From Myxococcota bacterium (GTDB lineage: Bacteria > Myxococcota_A > UBA9160 > UBA4427), in NCBI GenBank assembly GCA_041690055.1, contig JBDNFB010000009.1, positions 92 to 64,091 of the forward strand: DNA of 64,000 nucleotides, read 5' to 3'. A model generated the notes under the pieces. The model worked only from the letters and a program-made list of their open reading frames with translations, searched no databases and was not told where the DNA came from. The translations under genes and the position numbers were made by a program. Position 1 is the stretch's first letter. Every line of letters starts with the position of its first letter. This document shows positions 1-9,212 of the stretch, piece after piece.

Positions 1-184
1 GCAGCAAAGTGTGCTGCTTCTCCGGGGTGCTGACCTCCTTATACCTTCCGGATTCTGGCGTGCCGTGACCGGAGTCCGCCGCCAGCGACTTGGGAAACCT
101 TGAACAGTTGACGCTGGCGGCTCGTGCCAACTGGCGACGATCGACTATCCTCCACTAAACCCTTTTGAGCGGATCCTGCAGGTT

Positions 185-682
185 ATGGGAGTATCCGTTA
201 GGCGGATTGAGGCACGCATCATGAACTGGGAGGCAATGGGAGCGATCGGTGAAACCGTAAGTGCGCTAGCGGTCGTTGTTTCGCTCGCTTATCTCGCCAT
301 TCAACTGCGGACAAACTCTCAAACACTCAAAGCCAACGCAGCGTGGGATGCTGAGGTCCTGTGGGGTGCGTCCAATGTCGGCATAGGAGAGAAGCCCGAA
401 GTAGCGCTGTTGGTGCACCGTGCGGCTGCTGCGGATGCCAAGCTAGATGACTTCTCAGAGGAAGAAAGAGCAATGATCTACTTCTTGGTCCGCGGTACCC
501 TGCAGTACGCCCAAGCTCAGTGGTGGCTCTGGAGAGAAGGCAATTTGCCCGACGAGATCTGGAGTATGCGAAGGAGATGGGCGAGGAACTACATCAATGC
601 ACCCTTGGTGAACGCTGTCTGGAATGACGACATCAAGCAGTACATCCTTACCGAAAATTTCGTTCGCGACGTGAGTCAATAG
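185..682 (+). CDS. hypothetical protein with one N-terminal hydrophobic helix
   Basis: 165-aa ORF. A more likely start is ATG 221 (MNWEAMG...). Hydrophobic helix AIGETVSALAVVVSLAYLAI. No family recognised. Lies in a visibly lower-GC patch beside an IS30 remnant. Confidence 0.4.
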   Translation: MGVSVRRIEARIMNWEAMGAIGETVSALAVVVSLAYLAIQLRTNSQTLKANAAWDAEVLWGASNVGIGEKPEVALLVHRAAAADAKLDDFSEEERAMIYFLVRGTLQYAQAQWWLWREGNLPDEIWSMRRRWARNYINAPLVNAVWNDDIKQYILTENFVRDVSQ

Positions 683-757
683 AGCCAGACGGAGAGATCT
701 ACTACTCTCCTTCGGAACCCGCCGCCGTCTAGTATCAAGTTTGAAGTGCAACAAATC

Positions 758-985
758 TCATTCCCCATAAAAGCACTCCTTGGGCGTTCGATATCCCAGT
801 CTCTTCCGAGGTCGGTCGTTAAGCTGCCTAGCAATATCGTCGCAGTCACTCTGGGCGACTCCCTTCTGACTCGTTCTCTTTGGTAGATATTGCCGAACCA
901 GGCCATTGAATTTCTCGTTGCACCCCCGTTCCCACGAGTGATACGGCGTTGCGAAGTAGACCTTCACTCCTGTCGATTTCCCCAT
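758..985 (-). pseudogene. IS30-family transposase, C-terminal remnant only
   Basis: The 75-aa ORF reads ...YHSWERGCNEKFNGLVRQYLPK...LNDRPRKRLGYRTPKECF. This matches the conserved C-terminal DDE 'E' region of IS30 transposases (ERG-NEN-NGL-RQY-PK ... LN-RPRK-LG-KTP). The N-terminal ~250 aa are missing and no intact upstream reading frame exists. Confidence 0.7.
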
Positions 986-1143
986 TTAGGGAACGGCGTC
1001 TCGACCCAGACCGCGGTTGAGGGTTAGGGTTTTGCGGTACTGACCTAATGGGGCCTTTTTCGGTTCTATTGGGGTCTATAGACTATTGATCAATCTTCTC
1101 GATCTTCCGAATATCTACCCATGGCGAGTCAGCACCCGGCGCA

Positions 1144-3180
1144 TTGGAGAAATGCTTGGAAGGCCTGAAGTTCATAAATCAGAATCATGATCTGAACGAG
1201 GTAATGGGCGGGACCTTTACTCCCTGGCTCGTTGTGCTCTCGGTCGCCGTCGCCGCGATGGCCGCCTACTCATCGCTGCTTTCGAGCGAGCGAATGCGAA
1301 ACTCTATAAGTTCGGCTTCTCGGCGTGCTTGGTACGTGGGCGGATCCATCGCGATGGGCGTGGGCATCTGGACGATGCATTTCATCGGAATGCTCGCGTA
1401 CAGAATAGATATGCCGGTCGCCTACGATGTCGGCATCACTTTGATGTCCGTAGTTCCAGGGATCGGTGCGAGTGCGGCGGCACTTCATATCATGCAATCC
1501 ACGAATCCAAGTTGGCTCCGACTCAACGTCGGGGGCTTGCTGATGGGGAGTGGGATCGGCGCGATGCATTACGCGGGAATGACCGCCATGGTCATGGCTG
1601 CGACGACAGTGTATGACCCGAAACTCTTCGTGCTCTCGATCATCATGGCGCATGTGCTGGCGACGCTTGCGCTTGCTGCCAAATTCCGATTTGGTTCGAG
1701 TCAGAAGCACGAAGGCCTTCGTCTTGCGGCCGGCGCGACGCTCATGGGATGTGCCATCGCCGGGACGCATTACACCGCGATGTTGGCTTCCTTCCATTTC
1801 CATGACATGAGCCGGCATGTGCTAGAAGGGGGCTTGTCTCCCACCGAATTGAGTCTGGGCGTCTCGGCGGCGACCGGGCTCATCCTGGGGCTGTCGGTCT
1901 TAAGCAGTATCGTCGATCGCCGGCTGCAGGGCATCAGTCTCGAACTTCAGGAAAGCGAAGAACGGACGCGACTCATTCTTGCGACCGCAGCAGAAGGGAT
2001 TATCGCCTTCGACGAAGCAGGTGCGCTCTACTCCCTCAATGCCGCAGCGAGTGAACTTTTTCAGTTTGATCAGAAAACGGCTTCGGATCGCAATCTGGCC
2101 GATCTCATTCACGAGAACGATGTGCTGGCGATGTTTTCGTGGCTCAAGACGTATGGAGATCAGAAGGATGATCGCAGGCTTCGACGACCAAGAAAGGTTG
2201 TTGGGCAGCGACAGAATGGCCAAACCTTTCCGCTTCAACTGACGATCTCTCGATGTGAGGTGGGGGGAAGTATTTCCTTTGCAGCTGTTTTGCGTGATCT
2301 CTCTGAAGCACCGACCCTGGAGGCTCGGCTCCTTCAATCTCAAAAGTTGGAAGCGATTGGAAGTCTCGCTACTGGAATCGCGCATGAGATCAACACGCCA
2401 GCCCAGTTCGTGGGTGATAATCTTGAGTTTATCGAAGACTCAGTCACCGATCTGGTCCCCCTTTTTGATTCAGTCGAAGCGGTTCTGGGCAGCGAAGGGG
2501 TAGAGAAGGAAGCCGCGCTTTTAGAGATGCGTACTCTTGCTGGAAAAGCCGATCTAGAGTTTCTTTCGAAAGAGCTCCCCGCCGCCCTAACGCAGTCGCG
2601 GGACGGAATCGCACGCGTCGCCGAAATCGTGAAGGCGATGAAGGATTTCTCGCATCCTGGGGCGGCGGGTATTCAGCACATTGACCTGAATCGGGCGATC
2701 GAGAGTACGGCGACCGTGGCGCGAAATGAGTGGAAGTACATCGCCGAGCTGGAGTTCGATTTCGACGCAGACCTTTCGCCCGTGCCTTGCCACGCCGGGG
2801 AAATTAATCAGTGCATTCTGAATATCCTCGTGAATGCCGCGCACGCGATTGATTCCAAGAGAGGCGATTCGAGCAGGCTCGGCCATATCCGAATTTCCAC
2901 GAGTCAGGACTCAGAGTACGTGCAGGTGGAGATTAAGGACGATGGAGGAGGGATTCCGAAAGAGGCCCAAACGCGGGTTTTCGATCCGTTCTTCACCACA
3001 AAGGGCGTGGGGAAGGGGACCGGTCAAGGGCTCTCGATTGCGTACTCCTCGATTGTAGAAAAGCACGGCGGGACGCTCGACTTCCGTGTCGAGGAAAGAG
3101 TCGGGACGACGTTTGTTATCCGACTGCCGTGGATCTCCCTGAATGCAGATTCAGGAAGCATTGAAAAAGGGTGGGGGTGA
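1144..3180 (+). CDS. sensor histidine kinase, MHYT (6-TM) - PAS - HisKA/HATPase
   Basis: Three MHYT-type motifs lie in TM helices: WTMHFIGM, GAMHYAGM, AGTHYTAM. A PAS-like region follows. H-box is GIAHEINTP, N-box NILVNAAHAI, G1 KDDGGGIP, G2 GKGTGQGLSI. TTG start at 1144, so the start is uncertain. Confidence 0.85.
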   Translation: MEKCLEGLKFINQNHDLNEVMGGTFTPWLVVLSVAVAAMAAYSSLLSSERMRNSISSASRRAWYVGGSIAMGVGIWTMHFIGMLAYRIDMPVAYDVGITLMSVVPGIGASAAALHIMQSTNPSWLRLNVGGLLMGSGIGAMHYAGMTAMVMAATTVYDPKLFVLSIIMAHVLATLALAAKFRFGSSQKHEGLRLAAGATLMGCAIAGTHYTAMLASFHFHDMSRHVLEGGLSPTELSLGVSAATGLILGLSVLSSIVDRRLQGISLELQESEERTRLILATAAEGIIAFDEAGALYSLNAAASELFQFDQKTASDRNLADLIHENDVLAMFSWLKTYGDQKDDRRLRRPRKVVGQRQNGQTFPLQLTISRCEVGGSISFAAVLRDLSEAPTLEARLLQSQKLEAIGSLATGIAHEINTPAQFVGDNLEFIEDSVTDLVPLFDSVEAVLGSEGVEKEAALLEMRTLAGKADLEFLSKELPAALTQSRDGIARVAEIVKAMKDFSHPGAAGIQHIDLNRAIESTATVARNEWKYIAELEFDFDADLSPVPCHAGEINQCILNILVNAAHAIDSKRGDSSRLGHIRISTSQDSEYVQVEIKDDGGGIPKEAQTRVFDPFFTTKGVGKGTGQGLSIAYSSIVEKHGGTLDFRVEERVGTTFVIRLPWISLNADSGSIEKGWG

Positions 3181-4374
3181 ATGATGCGCGTTCTTTTCGT
3201 CGACGATGAACAGAGTGTATTGGACGGTCTACGAAGATCTTTGCGTCGTCACTGCGGCGAGTGGGAGACGGAGTTCGCGCTCGGAGGTGATGAGGCGATC
3301 GCCTTGATGGAGATAGATTCTCCGGATGTGTTGGTGAGTGATATGAGAATGCCGGGAATGGACGGCGCGCAGCTTCTCAAAATCGCTCAGGAGCGCTGGC
3401 CGAGCACGATTCGTTTTTTGCTCAGTGGTCAGGCGAATTCAGAAGCGATCATGCGTGCGACGCTCGTTGCGCATCAATTCATCAGCAAACCGTGTGGTGG
3501 CGAGTTTCTACGAGCGACCATTAAACGGGCAGGCACCTTAATGCGCCTGGTCGAAGATCCCAATGTAAGGCGAGTCATCGGCGAAGTGCGTACACTGCCT
3601 CCAGTGCCCGAGACCTATCGGAAACTGACGAGGGCACTCGCGCTTGAGGGGGTCTCGATCGAGGTCATCGGAGCGATCGTCGCTCAGGATCCAACCATTT
3701 CGGCCAAGTTGCTGCAGCTCGTCAATTCGGCGTTCTTCGGTCTGCCTCGATCAGTCTCGGATGTGGCTGAAGCAGTTGCCTTGCTGGGGCTCGATGTGGT
3801 CCGCGATCTGGCTTTGACCCTCGGCGCATTTTCGACTGCCGATATTCCAGAATCGCTCCATCCGGAGATTGCTCAGATCGCGAGTCGATCGCTTGCGGTC
3901 GCGTTCGTCGCCCGAGAGATTGCGCCTAAGGGCTTCGGCAAAGAGGCCTACGCGGCGGGTCTCCTCCTTGATATTGGGCAGATTATCATTGCCGCGGAGA
4001 TGCCCGAATCGTTCGCGAAGATCAGCGCAGCTTGCGGATCGAGTACCTCGCCGCGAAGCGATTTGGAGAGAATCGAAATTGGGGCCGATCACGCTGCGAT
4101 CGGGGCCTATCTGCTTTCCGAATGGGGGCTTCCACATGATTTGACGAGCGCTGTAGCCTGGCATCACCGGCCGAGTGAGTCCGGCGCGGAAGAGTTCGAC
4201 CTCGCTGGCTGTCTCCATGTTGCCGACGCTCTCACGGAAGAGCTGCTCGAGGGCGGATGGCGTGAGGGGGCGGTGCTGGACGTCAAGTTTTTAGAGGGGT
4301 TGGGGCTCACGGGGGAGATCGAAGGCTGGCGAGAAGCCGCTGCAGTTGTCCTTGGTATGGGGGGTGAACAATGA
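3181..4374 (+). CDS. response regulator, REC + HDOD domain
   Basis: Receiver motifs are VLFVDDE, DVLVSDMRMPGMDG and ISKP. The HDOD signature is LPPVPETYRKL...DPTISAKLLQLVNSAFFGLPRSVSDVAEAVALLG. The ATG directly abuts the kinase stop (TGA 3178-3180). Confidence 0.85.
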   Translation: MMRVLFVDDEQSVLDGLRRSLRRHCGEWETEFALGGDEAIALMEIDSPDVLVSDMRMPGMDGAQLLKIAQERWPSTIRFLLSGQANSEAIMRATLVAHQFISKPCGGEFLRATIKRAGTLMRLVEDPNVRRVIGEVRTLPPVPETYRKLTRALALEGVSIEVIGAIVAQDPTISAKLLQLVNSAFFGLPRSVSDVAEAVALLGLDVVRDLALTLGAFSTADIPESLHPEIAQIASRSLAVAFVAREIAPKGFGKEAYAAGLLLDIGQIIIAAEMPESFAKISAACGSSTSPRSDLERIEIGADHAAIGAYLLSEWGLPHDLTSAVAWHHRPSESGAEEFDLAGCLHVADALTEELLEGGWREGAVLDVKFLEGLGLTGEIEGWREAAAVVLGMGGEQ

Positions 4375-5486
4375 TGCTGGGACGAATTCTCTGTGTCGAT
4401 GATGAACAAGGCGTGCTCGATGGATTGCGTCGAAACTTGCGTCGTGAGTTCGAGGTCGTGACCGCTCTGGGAGGAGCGGAAGGTCTAAAGGCTCTGGAGT
4501 CGGCTGCATACGACGTCGTTATGTCGGACTATCAGATGCCTGAGATGAGTGGCGCGCAATTTCTGGGACACGTGCGCAAGCGCTGGCCGGAAACGACGCG
4601 GGTCCTCTTAACCGGAAACGCCGATCTCGACGCGGCGATCGCGACGGTCAATGAGGGGCATGTCTACCGCTTTCTGCTGAAGCCCTGCCCAAAGGAGGTT
4701 TTGATCCCGGCCCTCGAATCGGCGATCAATTTTCACAATCTTGTCGTCGCTGAGCGGGTCCTACTTCAGGACACGCTCCACGGGGCAGTGCGAATGCTGA
4801 CAGACGCTTTGTCCCTCGTGAGCCCAGAGGGCTTCGGACATTGCGGTGGCGTGGCCCAACGAGCGAGCCAGGTGGCCGAAACTGTGGGGATCGCGGAGCC
4901 GTGGAAAGTCGAGATGGCGACGCTGCTCGCGCAGGTCACGCTGGTGACGCTGCCCGAGGAAACCCTCGAAAAGTTGCGCAATGGCGATGACCTTTCCAGC
5001 GACGAGCAGTCGATGATCGAGCGGCTGCCTTCAGTCGGTCGCGACCTTCTATCGCCGCTTCCGCGAATCGAGGACGTCTGCAAACTCGTCGAAGAGCAGG
5101 GACCACCCTGGGGCGCGGACGCGAAGCCGAATCCCAAACGGTCGCTTGGTGCAGCCGTGCTCCGTGCCTGCGTGGACGTAGAACTGCTTACTTCGCAGGG
5201 AGTCCCGTTCGTCGCCGCGATTCAATCGATGCGGCAAAGGGCGGGTTGGTATCCCGAAAAAGTGCTCGCTGCTCTGGAGGCGAATCCGCCGAGCGGAGAG
5301 AAGGACGTGAGGGAAGTCGAGGTGGCGGATGTGATTTCGGGAATGATCCTGCTCGACCCGGTCGAAACGGTCGACGGACGATTGCTCGTAGCCGCTGGAA
5401 GTAAGATCACCCCCGCAACCATCGAACGCATTCGAAACTTCCGAGCGAATACACGACTGAAGGAACCGATCCGCGTCACCGGCTAG
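4371..5486 (+). CDS. response regulator, REC + degenerate HD(-GYP)-like output domain
   Basis: Receiver motifs are ILCVDDE, DVVMSDYQMPEMSG and LLKP. The C-terminal part resembles an HD-GYP scaffold (GFGHCGGVAQRASQVAE...). The HD dyad position reads LLAQV and no GYP motif is present. ATGA overlap with the upstream gene. Confidence 0.7.
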   Translation: MMLGRILCVDDEQGVLDGLRRNLRREFEVVTALGGAEGLKALESAAYDVVMSDYQMPEMSGAQFLGHVRKRWPETTRVLLTGNADLDAAIATVNEGHVYRFLLKPCPKEVLIPALESAINFHNLVVAERVLLQDTLHGAVRMLTDALSLVSPEGFGHCGGVAQRASQVAETVGIAEPWKVEMATLLAQVTLVTLPEETLEKLRNGDDLSSDEQSMIERLPSVGRDLLSPLPRIEDVCKLVEEQGPPWGADAKPNPKRSLGAAVLRACVDVELLTSQGVPFVAAIQSMRQRAGWYPEKVLAALEANPPSGEKDVREVEVADVISGMILLDPVETVDGRLLVAAGSKITPATIERIRNFRANTRLKEPIRVTG

Positions 5487-6727
5487 TCCCAGACCGGCGC
5501 CTCAATCTGTCCGCCTAACGCAAGCGCGATCGCTTCGACCGCCTGCACTTCCACGTAGCCTTGGCTGCTCGTCGGATTGAGGCCATCGCTGGCTTCCATT
5601 GACGCGTCGGCCGGGTTGTAGAGTGACGACGGGCAGTCCGTCAAGGACTGGAAGAAGATATTGCCCTTGTAGAGTCCAAACTCGACGCGGCCATTGGCAT
5701 TCTTGGCCATCGTGTTGATCGCGCCGATCGCCGCGCGCGGCGCGGGATCGAAGAGGCGGCCATCATAAATCTGGTCCGAGACGATCTTCGAGCAGTGCTG
5801 GAAGAGCGAAGCCGCGCGTCGGTCAAGCACAGCTTGATAGACGGCTTCGAGGCCGCGGCCGAGCAGTTCCATGCCGGGGGATTCGTAGACGCCCCTGCTC
5901 TTTGTGCCGATGATGCGATTCTCAAGTGCGTTGGACAGGCCGATGCCGTTTCGGCCGGCAACGGCGTTGGCCTCTATGAGCATGTCGAGGGCACCGAGCT
6001 GCTTGCCGTTGATCTCGACGCAGGTGCCCTTTTCGAAGCGCATTGAAACAGTCTCGACTTTGTCCGGCGCGTCTTGCGGCCAAACGCACATCGTCGGATC
6101 GACGATCGTCGCGGGGGTCTCAAGCGATTCGAGGTCTTCCGCCTCGTGGGAGAGGCCGGCGATATTCGCGTCGGTCGAATAGCGCTTCGCGGGACCCTGT
6201 GAGGCTTCGATGCCCTTGTTCTGGAGGTAGGCGGCCATTTCTTTGCGGCCCGGGAATTGCTTGAGAAGTTCCGGGTCGCGCCAAGCGGCGTAGACCTTCA
6301 TGTCGGGCTGGAGCACGTTGGTGTAGCGCTCGAAGCGGAGCTGATCGTTGCCGCGGCCGGTCGCGCCGTGGGCGAGAACCGTGCAGCCTTCCGCGCGCAT
6401 GGCACCGATCAGGCCGTGCACCGTGACGGCGCGGGCGATGCCCGTCGTGTTCCAGTAGCCGCCGTCGTATCGCGCCTGTGCTTTCACGACGAGCATGGCG
6501 GCCTTGGCCATGGCGTCTTTCAGGTCGACGATGCGCGTGGGCGCACCGGCGGGTTCCATCCGGCGCGCAATATCGTTGATGTCTTCTTCGTCCGGCTGAG
6601 CAAGGTCGGCAGTGAATCCGACGACGTCGAGGCCGGCTTCGATCAGACGTGCCGTGACCGACTTACTGTCGAGTCCGCCCGAAACACAGATTCCAATCTT
6701 CTCGCCTTTGAGATCACTGATACGCAT
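5483..6727 (-). CDS. argG: argininosuccinate synthase
   Basis: Motifs: IGICVSGGLDSK (ATP-PPase P-loop), AHGATGRGNDQLRFE, ENRIIGTKSRGVYE. The track ORF extends to 6847. ATG at 6727 (MRISDLKGEK) gives a homologue-like N-terminus. Confidence 0.9.
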   Translation of the reverse strand: MRISDLKGEKIGICVSGGLDSKSVTARLIEAGLDVVGFTADLAQPDEEDINDIARRMEPAGAPTRIVDLKDAMAKAAMLVVKAQARYDGGYWNTTGIARAVTVHGLIGAMRAEGCTVLAHGATGRGNDQLRFERYTNVLQPDMKVYAAWRDPELLKQFPGRKEMAAYLQNKGIEASQGPAKRYSTDANIAGLSHEAEDLESLETPATIVDPTMCVWPQDAPDKVETVSMRFEKGTCVEINGKQLGALDMLIEANAVAGRNGIGLSNALENRIIGTKSRGVYESPGMELLGRGLEAVYQAVLDRRAASLFQHCSKIVSDQIYDGRLFDPAPRAAIGAINTMAKNANGRVEFGLYKGNIFFQSLTDCPSSLYNPADASMEASDGLNPTSSQGYVEVQAVEAIALALGGQIEAPVWD

Positions 6728-7044
6728 CGCTTCGCCTTCTGCCTTCGCCCTCTGCAGGGCTGATATGTGCTTGCTGGTGTGTGGCCTGGGGCCGGGCCGG
6801 GTTCCTCGACACAGCCGAGACAGCGAGGAGACAGCGTCTTCGGGCATGCGTCGGCCAGCGGGCTCTGGCCTCCGGTCATCCGGCGCCGGGCGAGCGGAAC
6901 AATAGCAAGAACGGGCCTTTGTGAAGGCCTGAGCCCGCGGGGTCCACGCTTTTCCACCTCGCGCGGCGTCGAAAATTCGGCGGGCGGAGGGGGGAAGAGG
7001 CTGGCGGGCGGGGCTAGAGAGGCGGGCGGTGGGGCGGCGAGCCC

Positions 7045-8502
7045 TTACTTGCCGGCGAGCTTCGCCTGCAGACTCTTGAAGGCCTTCTTGGCGCGGTCCG
7101 GGTTGAACTTGTCCGGATCATCGACGGCGGCGAGCAGCTTCGAGAGTTCATTGCGTTCGATCGCGTCGTAGGTCGGATCGTTGATCATCCCCTCGATCAG
7201 GTAGTTGTAGACGATCGACTGCAAGGCCATGGCCGCCTGCTCCGAGCCCGCGTAATCCGTGAACTCGCCCGCGACGGCTTGGCTGAGGATGCCCTTGGAC
7301 AGCTTGCGCAGCGCAGTCTTGTTCACCTTCCAGGCCTCGAGCTTCGGCAGCAGCTTCGCGATATTCGCGCGGATCGCTTTGGCGGTGGCCTGCGCGTTGC
7401 CGCGGCCTTCGCTGGTCGCCTGGTGCAGCGTGCGCAGATCCGTGCGCAGTTTGGCGGCCGCCGGCGCATCCACTACATCAAGCGCCTGCATCAACATCAA
7501 GAAAGCGGAGTCGTTCAGGCGGACAACGCCCGGGCCGAGCCCCGTACTCTTGCGCGGTCGCCAGCGCCGCGATTTGTCGATCGCGTGATGGCAGGCCTGG
7601 CAATCGTAGAGGACGAGCTCGGGAAACGCGCCTAACGAGTTTCGCTTCGGGTCCATCATGGCGTCAAGAATTTCATCGATCGCGACCGCCTGACCGATCG
7701 CCCAGAGCTTCACGTCGTTCGGTGCGGATTTGCCGCGCGCGAGATAATCGTCGTCCGGTTCCCAATGGTAGGGCTGCAGGATCGAGAAGAGGGAGAGCTC
7801 GAAGCTCTGTCGCGGATGGCCCGCACCCATCAGGCGATGGTCGACGAACTTATTACGATCTCCGAGATGGCAAGAGAGGCAGAGGCGCGCACGGGCGACG
7901 GGTTGATCCGTCGGATACATGCCGAGTTCGAGGTTCTTTGCGTGTGTGGCGTTGCTGTCATGAGGGATCAGCCATCGCTCGGCACCGCCGTGGCAGCCTT
8001 CGCAGCCGACGCCGTCTTCTATGCGAAATGCGTTGTTCTCCGTGCGCCGTTTGGCTGCGGGCGGATTGTCGGCGTGACAGTCGAGGCAGAGATTGTCCTG
8101 ATGCGGCTTCTTTTCCCGTCCGAGATTCTTCGAGATGCGAATCGAGTTCTTGTTCAGGAGCACCTTGTAAGCGCGCTGAGAATGTCGGTCTTCGTCGATC
8201 CAGATCGAATACTCGTTCTGCATGACATTGCGATCGTTGCGCGGGGCAGCGGATCCGTGGCAGGTACTGCCGTCGCAGCTCGACACGCCTTCGTGTTTAT
8301 CGGGACCGTATTGCGGGATTGGGGGCGCGGCGAAGGCGTCCAAGACGGAGGTAATCGCGAAGAGCGTCGTGACGAGCGCAGCGAAACGGGCGCTCCGGCC
8401 CGCAAAGCGCCGAAGTCGTCCGCCTGCGCCGGGCTCGGCGGCCGCCGCGTCGTGGCTGCTCGTGGAAAGAATCGGATCATCGTCGGACATGCTGCGCCTC
8501 AC
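7045..8502 (-). CDS. secreted multihaem c-type cytochrome
   Basis: Four CxxCH motifs (CLDCH, CEGCH, CLSCH, CQACH) plus one CX4CH (CDGSTCH). N-terminal hydrophobic signal-like segment FAALVTTLFAITSVLDAFA. Confidence 0.75.
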   Translation of the reverse strand: MRRSMSDDDPILSTSSHDAAAAEPGAGGRLRRFAGRSARFAALVTTLFAITSVLDAFAAPPIPQYGPDKHEGVSSCDGSTCHGSAAPRNDRNVMQNEYSIWIDEDRHSQRAYKVLLNKNSIRISKNLGREKKPHQDNLCLDCHADNPPAAKRRTENNAFRIEDGVGCEGCHGGAERWLIPHDSNATHAKNLELGMYPTDQPVARARLCLSCHLGDRNKFVDHRLMGAGHPRQSFELSLFSILQPYHWEPDDDYLARGKSAPNDVKLWAIGQAVAIDEILDAMMDPKRNSLGAFPELVLYDCQACHHAIDKSRRWRPRKSTGLGPGVVRLNDSAFLMLMQALDVVDAPAAAKLRTDLRTLHQATSEGRGNAQATAKAIRANIAKLLPKLEAWKVNKTALRKLSKGILSQAVAGEFTDYAGSEQAAMALQSIVYNYLIEGMINDPTYDAIERNELSKLLAAVDDPDKFNPDRAKKAFKSLQAKLAGK

Positions 8503-8692
8503 CCCTGAAACCCGCCGCGTAGACGGCGCGCGGACATTCTACCGCCCGCCACAGCATCCGTCGCAGGAAAGCCTGCCCAAGGTGTGCCTCGCCCGCGCGG
8601 CGCGGTAGAATAATGAGACGCGAACTTGGACCGCGAGGACTGATCTGCGTAGGCGGACAGGACTCGGAATCGAACTAAAATGGGAGCTCAAC

Positions 8693-9199
8693 ATGCGACG
8701 GATGATCGAACAACGGAGAGCCCTGCGGGCATTTTCTATAGCCAGAGTGGGAATCTCTTTTGGATTGGGGCTCGGCATTGTGGCGGTCATCGCGCACTTC
8801 GGGGCTCTTCCCGCCCAGGCCGAGTCGGGCATTCCGCGCAGTGACCGCCCGGACGAGGCGTACGTCTACTTCATCTCGCCCGCGGACGGTGAATCTGTGA
8901 CTTCCCCTGTGACCGTGCGATTCGGGCTGGGCGCGATGGGTGTGGCGCCGGCGGGAACGCAGAAAGCCGGCACGGGGCATCATCATTTGATCGTCGACGC
9001 CGATCTTCCACCGGTTGATTTACCTGTACCTCAATCCGAGAACTATCGACATTTTGGCGCGGGACAGACCGAGGTCTCTTTGGATCTCGCACCGGGCGAA
9101 CACACTTTGCAGCTCTTGCTCGCCGATCATATCCACGTGCCGCATAACCCGCCGGTGGTCTCTAAGCGCATCACGATTCGCGTGAAGGAAAAGGAATAG
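8693..9199 (+). CDS. DUF4399-like periplasmic protein
   Basis: Signal peptide (...AHFGALPAQA). The core VYFISPADGESV...GTGHHHLIVD...GEHTLQLLLADHIH matches my recollection of the DUF4399 HHH-containing fold. Confidence 0.65.
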   Translation: MRRMIEQRRALRAFSIARVGISFGLGLGIVAVIAHFGALPAQAESGIPRSDRPDEAYVYFISPADGESVTSPVTVRFGLGAMGVAPAGTQKAGTGHHHLIVDADLPPVDLPVPQSENYRHFGAGQTEVSLDLAPGEHTLQLLLADHIHVPHNPPVVSKRITIRVKEKE

Positions 9200-9212
9200 T
9201 CGGGGCTATCGC

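Noticed and set aside
51-63. 13-nt identity GGATTCTGGCGTG near both window ends (51-63 and 63552-63564).
   Set aside because: Many 13-mer coincidences are expected by chance in 64 kb on a like-for-like basis, and the flanks do not extend the match.
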